From NCBI GenBank assembly GCA_023334545.1, contig JAADVB010000030.1, positions 1-64,000 on the forward strand: 64,000 nucleotides of DNA. The letters run 5' to 3'. Below are positions 45,735 through 56,500 of this stretch, piece by piece (position 1 is the first letter of the stretch; every line of letters starts with the position of its first letter). Source of the DNA: Salisapilia sapeloensis CBS 127946. Lineage: Eukaryota; Protista; Oomycota. The notes beneath the pieces are model-generated. The model saw only the letters and a list, made by a program, of their open reading frames with translations, did no database searches and was not told the origin of the DNA. Both the position numbers and the translations under genes were made by a program.

Positions 45735-48700
45735 CTACTTTTTCATGTTCATCCTTTTCCGCTCTACCTGCTTCATCAGAGAGATGTTGGCTGTCCTAAG
45801 AGCTCGAGACTTCTTTCGTTCGGCTGTCAGCATCCCTCGGAGACGTTCGACTTCGTTCTCGTCCGTCCAGGCTTCCGTGGTACTCGATTGAGCGTTCCCT
45901 ACGGACGTTGCTTGGTGTGGGATGGCAGGCGGATCCGAGTCGACGCTCGACTGATTCGTCTGCGTCCGTAGAGTTGATACGTAATTCTGCGGACGGCAGC
46001 GATGGACGGGTGCGGACACTGGTCGATTATTTTTGCGTGAATCCGACTCGACGTTCACCGTTCGGCCGTCTACCACGCGATGGTACGTTGCGATCTACTC
46101 TCTCAGCGAGGTTACCAGATGTGGCATCGAATATGATCGAGATAGACGTACCAGTGCTTTTAACTGGCGTAGTTTGTGTCCTTCAGCTAGAAGGTTCTTG
46201 GGTAGCGAGATTATCCTTTTAGCTACGGTTAGTACGCGCTGGTCTGCTAGTAGACGAGTAGAACGATACCTTTCGCCGTTGCAGAGCATCCGATAGAGCT
46301 TGCCAGTAAACTCACACAGCTCCTCACAGTCCGCACGGAGGTGCTGCATGGACGTTGTTATTTGCGCTCGAGTCTCCTTTAGCTTGTCGTCTGCCTGGAC
46401 GAGCTGGTTTGCCTTGAGCTCCAGCATGCTCTCGTACTGCCAACACACCATGCTTGAGCTTTCTACATGGCAACATACTGTATAAAGTTTCTTACGTGCT
46501 GTCGGATGAGAGCTATCTCCTCTTCTTTACTTGCTTCTACCGCCGCAATACGAGTGCGCAGTTGCTACCAACGACGTAGTAGGTCAGACCATGTAGGATT
46601 AGGAGTAAAATTATGATACCTGATCGTGTATATCCTTGGTGCGTATCGACGCTCTAGACTCTTGTGGTCGATTTGAGCTAGTACTGTGGTCACGCTCGAC
46701 TGTACTCTGCTGATTACTGTGGCTCATCAATTGCTGAAGCTCTATCCGGTGCTTTTCACTCTGCGCAGTTAGAGCTCTTTTGTGCTCTCGATCGCGCTGG
46801 TACAGCGTATCCTCTAGCGCTACCAATCGCTTTCGCTGCTCTGCAATCGTCTTCCTCGCTTCCTCTTTATCCTTTCTCGCGTCCGTCTTCCCATCAACAT
46901 AAGCGATTTATGCAGTGTCCATGAAGGAGCTAGGTGGAAACGTACCGAGAGCATGGCGAGGTTCGTCTTCGCGTTGGCGTACTTGAGTCGTAGTTGTTCA
47001 CGGTCTCGTTGGGAAAAGTCTATAAACGCTCAGCACTGGTCACTAGCTCAAGGTCGAGGCAATGGAAAGTAGTACCGATCTTGTGGATGACATTCTGCCC
47101 CATCATCAGCTCCCGGCGACTTCGAACGCCAACGGGACTCGGTCGTCCTTGGTTATCACTACTCCCATCGACGTCTTCAAATACCGATTGGAGAACCATA
47201 CCATCCTACCGTCGCGTCATGGTCTTAATGTCGACCGATGTACATTACCCAACTTCATAGGACTTACTGCGAATTTGATCTCTCCATTTTCCGTTACTTC
47301 CTCTGCTTCGAACCCAAGCTCATTCAGTGCCGAGATAAAGCGCTGGTTGTAATCCTTCCGAAGACTCTCCATCTGCCGCTTCAGATTATTTACTTCCTCT
47401 TGAAGCCGCCGGATACGACGGTCCTTGTCCGTTCCAGACCCACTGATGTAGTTCACGCGAGGCTATCGAATGACCATACATGAGCTATGCGTCTTACTAT
47501 AGGACATAAGGAAGAAGTGCCTGGTTTTGAACCGATCGACAACGGTTGGCGAACTGGAGTGTGCTTAAACACTCCTCATAGTGTTCCTTCATGGGGTGGA
47601 TGGTGGCAATCAGAGTTGTCAAAGAGTTTCCACCTAACGTCCATGTCCATGACTATCCAGTAGCTTTATATCACCCTAGCGAGACGTACCGATGCTGTTC
47701 TGGAGTATTCGTGTAAGCTTTGAGTCTCGATAAGGAATATAGTTGTAGCCACTGCCAGGATCAAGGGACATGATGACTTTGCCCACGGCACTCAGACTGG
47801 AGTTGATGTGCAGCGCTTCCTTCAGTCTCTGACCATCCGACTCGCTCTTCTTTAATCTCTCAGAGCTATACAAAGGTATATCTTCATTCGTTTGTAGTAT
47901 GAGTAGGCAGGTCAAATGACGTACCCTGCTAAGTCCACAAGGTGAAGACTTCCGTAGATGACTTCCTCCGTCTTTCGATCTGCGTCAAGACACTAATCAG
48001 TGCTTTCTCGACTGATTTATACACATACATATTACTTTGCTGGAAGATGTGGACGGTGAAGACAGTGTGGGATCTCGAAGACACGGCATTCATCTTGGTC
48101 TCGTGCGTCGCCCGGAGCTTCAGTCCGGACTGGACGATTGCATCGACATCTTCCCGACAAGTCACGGTAACGAGTGCGAGGTCTTTAACAAAGACACTGC
48201 CTTGAGCATCCTCGTGTATTTCAAAGTTGGCTTTTGAAGTAAAGGTAGACGACATGAGAAGTGTATAACGATATTTCTACAAGACATGGATGGTACAAAC
48301 CTTTTTCATAGTCGTAATCCTCTTCCGATCGTGCTGGGTTCGATCCGAAACTAATCAAGTAGAGATGAAGGAGAACCGGTATCTAGTAGATGTTCTTCAA
48401 TATACCTCGACGTGCTTTCTGTTCGTCGTAATTGCTGCCAATGTAACAAGTTACCATAAATCTTCGATGAGCTAAATGTAAGGAATGTGTTTACCTGTCT
48501 GAGAAACCACTCGGCAGTGCTAGATGTCTGGTGGGAAAACGGTCTTCCAGTCTTCTTCAAATAGCTATTTTATGCTGGTCAATCCTTGTAGCCGCAAAGG
48601 TATGAATAGACGACTACATACGCTCTAGAGAGATCTCGCACGCGATCGCAGTAGATCTCGAGAAAACTGACGACGAATGTCACTTCCTATAAAGTTTGTG

Positions 48701-49464
48701 AGAACATTTCTTCTTAACTACTACTGTGTACGTACGGTCGATCGACTGTCGCCTCGCTTTACCATGTCGAACATGTAGGATATGGAGCGAGGAAGGAGTC
48801 CAGCCTTCTCCCCTGCTTCGCCAAATATACTTTAAGAGCATAGCAAGTGGGTTGTCGATTCGTATTTGTGCAAAGCATTTAGCAAAGGCATACCTGAAAG
48901 TTTTCCCGGATCCCGTTTGTCCATAGGCAAAGCAGCAACTATTGATTCCTTTGAGAGCGTGGTCGACGAGACTCTTACTCGTCTATAGATATGTAATCGC
49001 CTTGTCAGAAGACATCAGTTGGACTTAACGGGAACGCTGTACCAAGTCAAAGAGAGTTGCTTGGCTCGTGTCTGTCCAGCATATCTATAGCATGACTGGT
49101 AAGCTAGCAAGTACGCAGTCGAATCAATGAGGCCGTACGTTGTCGAAGCTAAAGGCATGGTTTCCATACTGCATTCTTTCCGTGTCCTACGCCATCAACA
49201 ATGTTAGATTTCCAGTGCAAACGCCCAATGTATAAGAAGGATACTTTAATGACGATGTTCGTCGGGGACTCCTTGCGACGCTCAAACATATCCTCTGGCG
49301 CTTGCTCACCATTAGCACAGGGTCGGGCTCGGACGTACACCTAGTTAGCGCATTCAAAATGACTATGACCAAATGTCCATTTTATTCTTGCACAAATCAA
49401 ACGATACTTTGACGTTGGCATTGTCTAGCAGACGCGTGTAGTCTGTGGTCACCTTGTGGTCCAT
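45735..49464 (-). CDS. Kinesin with N-terminal motor and coiled-coil tail (many exons)
   Basis: VYVRARP, P-loop [11 protein letters not shown] (about 48895-48930), switch I SSRSH, switch [20 protein letters not shown] and [13 protein letters not shown]. Coiled-coil exons continue to 45735. Confidence 0.85.
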
Positions 49465-49816
49465 CTTGGTGACGCGAGATGATCGAGGCTAAAGTTGGCT
49501 TTTCAACATATGAAACGTCTATACAAACTCTGAATATCAAGCTATCTGTCCTTTAGACCTAGCAGTATGAAAATAGTAACGCAAGGACCAAAGTAGAGGG
49601 GGGATGACATCGACTGCTAGCCTCCGAGCAGCTCACCAACTTCAAAAATAAATTTGTAGATACACCCCTCTCTAACGTTACACTCACATTTGATATTAAA
49701 AAATATGTACAGCATTTGTACAGAATACAGTTCGAGATGTATGTATATCCGACAACAAATAACGAAACAGCATCAGAGACCGAGTCCCCCCTCTTTTGCT
49801 ACCCTCTCATCTACCT

Positions 49817-50237
49817 ATGGCTCCTGCAACGCTCTCCGGTGATCCGCGAAAGCCGGATGCGATCAAGACATTCGTGCGGAAGGAAGTTGACCCGGAGTCA
49901 GAACCGATGGACTATTACTCCTTTGCATCGCTCATACTTGGTCTCGGCAGTTTCATTTTGAAGGTAGGAATCCGTCTCATCTGAAACACAATCTTGCCTT
50001 GGCTGTTCATTAGAAGAAACTAACATGCAGGCGATATCATAGTTGAAAGAATTCGCTTGGTTGTCTCTATTCATGGCCGCAGCCTCGTACGTGAACCTAC
50101 CGGCATCCGAAAAGGAGATGCGATCGATCATCATGTCCGTGACACTCGCGACGATGGCACTCGTGTCGAGCTATACGTACCGGCCTCCCCTTATTCCAGG
50201 CAGCAAAGCAGCAGTAGACGCTACTCCAGATCTCTAG
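49817..50237 (+). CDS. WDR83OS: PAT complex subunit Asterix (2 exons; intron 49964-50042)
   Basis: DPRKPDAI...DYYSFASLILGLGSFILK/LKEFAWLSLF...MSVTLATMALVSSY matches the UPF0139 pattern. Confidence 0.85.
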
Positions 50238-50425
50238 ATCTGTCAGCAGGCTTACCATAGGCTCGACCTATGCTTTTAAACATGGCTTCTCTGTCGTCTT
50301 CTCAAATCATCACGTTGAAATCGTTCTGTTGCTTAGTCTGTAGCTAATTATAGCACAAGTTCTAGGAACAATAACCTCTCTAGGGCTGAGAGAATGCTTC
50401 GCTGCAGATGAAAGCTTGAGACCGG

Positions 50426-53400
50426 ATGAATTTTAACTTGTCTTCGCATGAACGCAGGTCGCCGCCCAGTCCAATGCCACAGCACAATGAAGTCGATACC
50501 AATGACCTGATACAGCACCCAGGACTATCTTCTGGTTCCTATCCATCTCATGATCGTGAGAATACATCAAACCTCAAACGTTTCTCCAAGTCACACAGCA
50601 AACATCCTTCCCCCGTAGTCCCTGTCACACTACCTCCACTAGCAGCACTAGACCAGTATCAACAGCGACAGCTTCGCTCCTTCCTTCGCAATTTTTTATC
50701 AGATGAAAGTGGGACCCTCTGTTCCTCCTTGGATTTGGGCCAGCACGCCATCGACTCTGGCATCGCCGTATCCGACGCTACGGTCCATGAAGTCGTCCAC
50801 ATGCTACCGAAACTACAAAGCCTGTCGCTAGCAACGTGTCTGCAGATCACCGACGCCAGTCTTTGGGCGATCGCGAACAAGTGCCTATGCCTCGAGACGC
50901 TCTCTCTTTCCAAGTGCACTCGATTCTCGGAGCTGGGACTTCGTCTCGTCAGTCATGAGTGCCCTCTCCTGCATCTTGACCTCTCAGACTGTCCTCAGGT
51001 CAATGATAAGATGCTTCAGGCCATTGCTGCTGGCTGCTGGTCCTTGGAAGTGTGTCGTCTCCGGCGTTGCGTCTTGGTTTCCGACGCTGGCCTTGTCCAT
51101 CTCGCCCAATGCTGTCGCCAACTGCTTGAACTAGACGTCGCTGAGTGCTGTCGAATAGGAGAATTCGGTGATAAGGCACTTGGGGAAATCGGACGGAACT
51201 GCTTTCGATTGGAAACGCTTGATCTCTTTGGCTGTCGGCATGTGCGAGACGGAGGTCTTAGATCGGTTGCTCGAGGGTGTACCAAGCTGAAAACACTACG
51301 GCTATCTGGATGCCGTGAAGTCACAGGTAGGGCGATCCGGGAGGTTGCTCGATGCTGCCAGGCCCTGCATGACCTGTCCCTCGCAGGCTGTGCCAAGACC
51401 AGCAATCAAGATTTACGTGTCCTCGCATCAAATTGCAGAGGGCTCACTGTACTGGACATCAGTGGTAGTGATTTCATCAGCTCTCAAGGTGTTAGATGTC
51501 TAGCAGAGGGTTGTTCAGAACTGACTAAGCTGACACTGGATTACTGTACTCGTATCGATGACACTGCTCTTGAACAGTTTCTCGTCGTAAATGAAAACTT
51601 GAAGAGTCAAACGACTAATAAACTGGACGTGGCGACTCGAAAGCTTGAGTATCTTTCGGTGGTGTCGTGTCGACGCATTCGGGAACCAGGAGTCGATGTT
51701 TTGCTACAAGGCTGTCCAAACCTGACTACACTGAACGTTTCGGGATGTGATCGAGTGAGTCGAAGATTCATGCAATTTGTCATATCTCGGCTAGAGGTTG
51801 TCGAATGGGCCTCTACTTTCTTTGGTTTCCAGCCCTTACCTCATGCTGACGAAATAGTACGCCAGAGACGCCGAAAAGAAGTTGAACATCGTGCTGCAGT
51901 CCTGATCCAAGCAGCGATGAGAGGTTGCCTGGCGAGAGGAGGTCTTTGGGAGGCCAAAATGAAGTATGTCCAGACAAAGGTGCTGCCACGAATTCAAGGC
52001 ATGGCGAGAGGATTTCTCGTCCGAAGACGTATTTTTCTTGAGCAGGAAGAGAAGAAGGAGAGAGCTGCTGCACGGCAAATAAGCCAGGCGTATCAAGACT
52101 ATAGACTCCGTGGGATGCTAGCACGGGCGAAACTTCGACGAAGACTTCAAATGCACTTAGACTTGACTGCGACCGAGATTCAGCGAGTATATCGAGGCCA
52201 TCGAGCTCGATGCTTCTATCGTAAGATGCTAGAGGCAAAATTGATTGAGAAGCAAATGGCAGATCGACTTGGTATTCTCGAAGAGCTATGCGCTATCAAA
52301 CTGCAACGAGCCTATCGTGGTCATTGTGGTCGACATCAAGCAGCGCTGGCGAGAACTGCAAAAGAAATGGCAATTCTTCAAGCTCAACGTGAATCTGATG
52401 CTATTGCCTTTGTTCAGCGTGTGTTTCGAGGGCATCGAGGTCGAAAAGAGAAGAGAAGTCGTCTCATGCAGAAATTGTTCGAAGAACGAAAGCAAGCTGG
52501 AGCGTGTGCTCTACAGAGAGTCGTGCGAGGCCACTGGGCTCGACAAAGAGTCCGCTTTCTTCGTCAGCAGGCATTTGAAAGGCGACGCATGGAAGCAGCG
52601 AGTACCATTCAGCGGTATTGGCGAGGATTATGCGAAAAGCACCTGGCATCCTTGCTACGTGGGCTGCTTAAACTGCATGCTCGTGAAGTTGCAGCTGCTT
52701 GTACGATTCAAACAGCATACCGAATGCAGCGGTCAAAGGCACTTGCTGATGCAATTCGTCTTGCCCGGGAAGCGGAGCGTCGACGAAAGCACGGTGCCAT
52801 TCAAATCCAGAGGTTTGTACGAGGGCATATCGCCCGATCAGAAGTGGAAGCTAGACGAGAGTTACAGCGGCTGCACGTTCAAGCGGCACCTTTGTTTGAG
52901 AAAGAAACGAGAATCACAGAGCTGGTCCAGCAACGTAGGAAGCAAGTAGAAGACCTCACAAAGAAATGTGCTGCGAACGAACGTGATGAGCATGATTTAA
53001 CGGACGAGCTTGAGAAGACGATGCAGATCAAGACCAAATATCACGACTCTAGTCGTATATCGGGTACACCACAACGGTACCTCACGCAATATCTCCAGGT
53101 CCAACTCGCCGATCAGCTTCGTGCCAAACGAATGGAGATGGCAATGGACAACAGGTCACTAGAAACTGCTGTTGATGCATTCAACGAGGCAAATAAAAAG
53201 CTGCGTGTGGTACGAAGGCAACTAGAGCCACTAACAGCTGGTGCATTTGAGCATGCCAAGCTAGCCCGTACTCGGCGCTTGCACAATGATATACGATGGC
53301 AGCGATACGGAGCGCTGACTATACAACGTGTCTATCGTGGATATAGACTTCGCGTAGCGCTAGCAGAGAAAGCTGAATACTGGACTGAATCATGGAATGC

Positions 53401-53491
53401 AAGCACACAAAGTATGGAATACCTCAACACATATACCGGAGACTGTAGACACCGCACACCAATTGGATTAAATCTATTTAAGATGAAATGA
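50426..53491 (+). CDS. Cys-containing LRR (FBXL-type) plus multi-IQ, coiled-coil and WW-like protein
   Basis: About 12 repeats of LxxLxLxxCxxI/VxD, about 11 IQ motifs (IQAAMRGCLAR, IQRVYRGHRAR etc.) and C-terminal WTESWNASTQSMEYLNTYTG. Intronless 1021 aa. Confidence 0.9.
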   Translation: MNFNLSSHERRSPPSPMPQHNEVDTNDLIQHPGLSSGSYPSHDRENTSNLKRFSKSHSKHPSPVVPVTLPPLAALDQYQQRQLRSFLRNFLSDESGTLCSSLDLGQHAIDSGIAVSDATVHEVVHMLPKLQSLSLATCLQITDASLWAIANKCLCLETLSLSKCTRFSELGLRLVSHECPLLHLDLSDCPQVNDKMLQAIAAGCWSLEVCRLRRCVLVSDAGLVHLAQCCRQLLELDVAECCRIGEFGDKALGEIGRNCFRLETLDLFGCRHVRDGGLRSVARGCTKLKTLRLSGCREVTGRAIREVARCCQALHDLSLAGCAKTSNQDLRVLASNCRGLTVLDISGSDFISSQGVRCLAEGCSELTKLTLDYCTRIDDTALEQFLVVNENLKSQTTNKLDVATRKLEYLSVVSCRRIREPGVDVLLQGCPNLTTLNVSGCDRVSRRFMQFVISRLEVVEWASTFFGFQPLPHADEIVRQRRRKEVEHRAAVLIQAAMRGCLARGGLWEAKMKYVQTKVLPRIQGMARGFLVRRRIFLEQEEKKERAAARQISQAYQDYRLRGMLARAKLRRRLQMHLDLTATEIQRVYRGHRARCFYRKMLEAKLIEKQMADRLGILEELCAIKLQRAYRGHCGRHQAALARTAKEMAILQAQRESDAIAFVQRVFRGHRGRKEKRSRLMQKLFEERKQAGACALQRVVRGHWARQRVRFLRQQAFERRRMEAASTIQRYWRGLCEKHLASLLRGLLKLHAREVAAACTIQTAYRMQRSKALADAIRLAREAERRRKHGAIQIQRFVRGHIARSEVEARRELQRLHVQAAPLFEKETRITELVQQRRKQVEDLTKKCAANERDEHDLTDELEKTMQIKTKYHDSSRISGTPQRYLTQYLQVQLADQLRAKRMEMAMDNRSLETAVDAFNEANKKLRVVRRQLEPLTAGAFEHAKLARTRRLHNDIRWQRYGALTIQRVYRGYRLRVALAEKAEYWTESWNASTQSMEYLNTYTGDCRHRTPIGLNLFKMK

Positions 53492-53619
53492 ATATACCTC
53501 TCTACTAATCCGTTTTGCATTACGCTGGCGTGTACTACGACAACAACAAGTAACACTTAAGATGATTCTAATTCGTCGACCAACTTGACGATGTGCGTCC
53601 TAGTAATACAAAACCACAA

Positions 53620-56500
53620 ACAAAGATAACCTGACACTTGACACTAATACAATATCTAGAGAAAATATCACTGACTAAATTAAAAACCAACAAAAATATG
53701 ACAAAGGCTCTAATATGGCCTGTATATTAAAATAATGGAATTATACATTTGAACAAATTAAGCGATTCACATGTAAATACTTTATTTTCAAGTACGAATA
53801 AAGATTTAAAATAAGATAGTTAAACATAAAAACAGAGTGTAAAATGTACTCTATGTAATTAAACCAACAATAACAAGTACATACGAGTATCAAAACGCAC
53901 AAATGCAACTTTAAAACAATAAAATACTCTAAATTTAAAACAAACGATTTAGACGTTTCAATCGTACAAGTGATATAAATTACATGCAAATCTTTTATAT
54001 TAATCTCAATTTTAAATTTCATCAAACCATACAGTAAAGACAACAGAAAAAACCTTTTTGCAGGTATAAACATACAACCAAAAATATAAAAAAATAAGTT
54101 TGTGTTTTTAAAACTTAATAAATGCTAGACCTTATTTCGGAAGAAAAGTTGTATAAGATTAAATATTTATCTATATGAAAAACACAATCATTATGAACAC
54201 ATACATAACTTTAACAAACAGATAAAAAGTCGCTTTCTGACAATCAAATATGATTTAAACCAAATTTATACCGCGCTTAAAATTGCAAATGTATAGTAAA
54301 AAATGTATGTACAGTGTTAAATATAAATATATTAATATTTTGATCGAAAAGTTAGAAAACGTTTTTGGCAGTTGTTGCTGTTAAATTGTAGCACCTAATT
54401 TTTTTTGTAAAATAATAAAATTTGTATAAAACGTATAAAAAGCTTATTCATATAGCTATTAATAATAGAGCTTTTTGTACGAAACTGTGTAAAATACTTT
54501 GTAAGTATACGTCATGTTGACCAAATCAATACAATATTCTGTAGCCTAAGACATGTACCCTCTAAAATTTATGTAAATATACCTGTATAACAAAATTTCT
54601 TTCTAATTTATACAACATCATTTTACTACTACACATACCAATCATTAAACAAACCATATGTATAAAAATAAAAACATCTGAACAGGGTAATGATATAAAT
54701 GTTTTGTAATTATGCTTGAGAGTAATTGGTTTGTGATATTTCATTTTAAACATATTAAAAAAATGTTAAACATGGCAAAAAGCGCTACTTCATCTACTAC
54801 GATCCTTATCTTTTAGCTTTATTTATCTTATTTTTAAACCATAACAAATCATCTCTAAAATAGTTTATTTGGTGCCTTGCAAATTCATAAGCGCTAAAAA
54901 GAAATTAAGATCAATTATAAGAATATACACAATAAGTTGGCATTAAGACACCTCAAAATATTTTGTAATTAAAACAATTTTAACACGCTTTGTTTATAAC
55001 AAAATATATGTATACGTTTATTGTTCCATAACAGTTAAATGGTAGGGTTATAAAGAATTTTTAAAATACTTTGTACATTTTAATTAATCGTTTATTATAC
55101 TCGAGTAGACCCTTAGATAATTGCTGAAATAATCAACCTTATAATACAATATTATAATGGGGTTTTAACTATAATCATAAAATTTTTTTTGTTAAAATAA
55201 AAAACAAATCACTAATAAGCTAAATAAATTTAATACGAAGCGTTCATATATATTTGACTTATTACAAGATTTTTACATTAATATTAATACAAAACAACTA
55301 ATAAACGAGTTTTGTTTGCATTTAGTTCTATACGATTTGAAAGCTTTGAAAAAACGACTTATTAATTTAAATAAAACCAATTTACAAACGACACATTTAA
55401 TTAAACATACATGGTCATTGTGAAAATATAAAAATGAAATTACAGAAAGTCTTTCAATGTAGAATGGTTTTTGTTTTATTTACCGTATACTTTTTTTGAT
55501 ATGTTGGCTTATTTATACTAAACTTATCTTTGTTTAGATATTAAATTAAACTTAAACATGATATAATATAAAGTGCAACGTCTTTTTTGGTGTACTAATG
55601 CTTTTACTTTTTCATTTTGGTTAGCTAAAAACTACAGGCACACATTGTATTTATACAATTTTCTTGCATTTAAAATGAAACACTTTGTAACATTTTTTTT
55701 ATGTTCTTTAAATACAGTAAATTTCGTATATACTTGTTTCTAAATATTTATGATTTTTAATAAAGTCCTTTAAATTAATGCAATTGATTTTATATAATAA
55801 TACTTCTAGAGCTTTGCTTGTATGTAATACATCATGTTATGTACATGTCACATTTTATGTTGTCATAAATATTCCACATTTTAATTTATTTCTTATTTAG
55901 CAAAATTTGAATTGTTTATCTTCTATGTCTCTTACTGTTTAACCTATTAATTCCTTTTATAAGTTTTATATGTTTTATTATTATGTTTGTTTATGTAATG
56001 TTAAAAGATTGGCAATATCATACGAAATATATATGGTGTATTATTTTAGCAAAGTTGCCTCTTTAAACACAAAATTTTTACTTTTTAAATAAAGTTTAAG
56101 ATCTATTATGTGAAATCTAACATTAGTTTACGACACTTAATTTTTACTTTACGAACTTTTATTTTAGTAACATAAACACTATATGTCCGTTGTACAGACT
56201 GAAACCATTTATAATATGCGATACCTGAAAGTATCGGCAATATTAACTAGCGCTTGCATTTTAAAATATTTATAGATTCTTTTACTTATGTTTGTTCGCA
56301 TATTTTTATTTGTATATTTCATATTTTATTTGACTCTTACTTCAATGTTTATTTGAGTATCATAGCGTTTGTTAATACAACATTGTGAACTTGGTTTTAT
56401 GAATTTGAAGACTTTGTATGCAAATAATGACAATTGGAGAAAAAAGTTTGTATTTGATTCATCATAATTAGTAGAGATTTGGTGTTATTATGTGTGTTTG
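53620..56500. other. Gene-free AT-rich island with strand-skew inversion
   Basis: Hand counts: 53881-53940 has A32 T14 C10 G4 (23% GC); 56281-56340 has A12 T36 C7 G5 (20% GC). Flanking genes are near 50% GC. No credible ORF. Confidence 0.9.

Noticed and set aside
53741-54753. ORFs 53741-54073 and 54562-54753 as membrane or mitochondrial genes (NUMT)
   Set aside because: The F/L/I/Y/K/N-rich composition is what AT-rich DNA yields. No respiratory-chain, rRNA or tRNA motif was recognised.
53620-56500. Island as a long palindrome or satellite array
   Set aside because: Comparing the arms around the skew switch by eye showed only short AT-rich matches, with no periodic unit or extended inverted repeat. 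A self dot-plot would confirm this.
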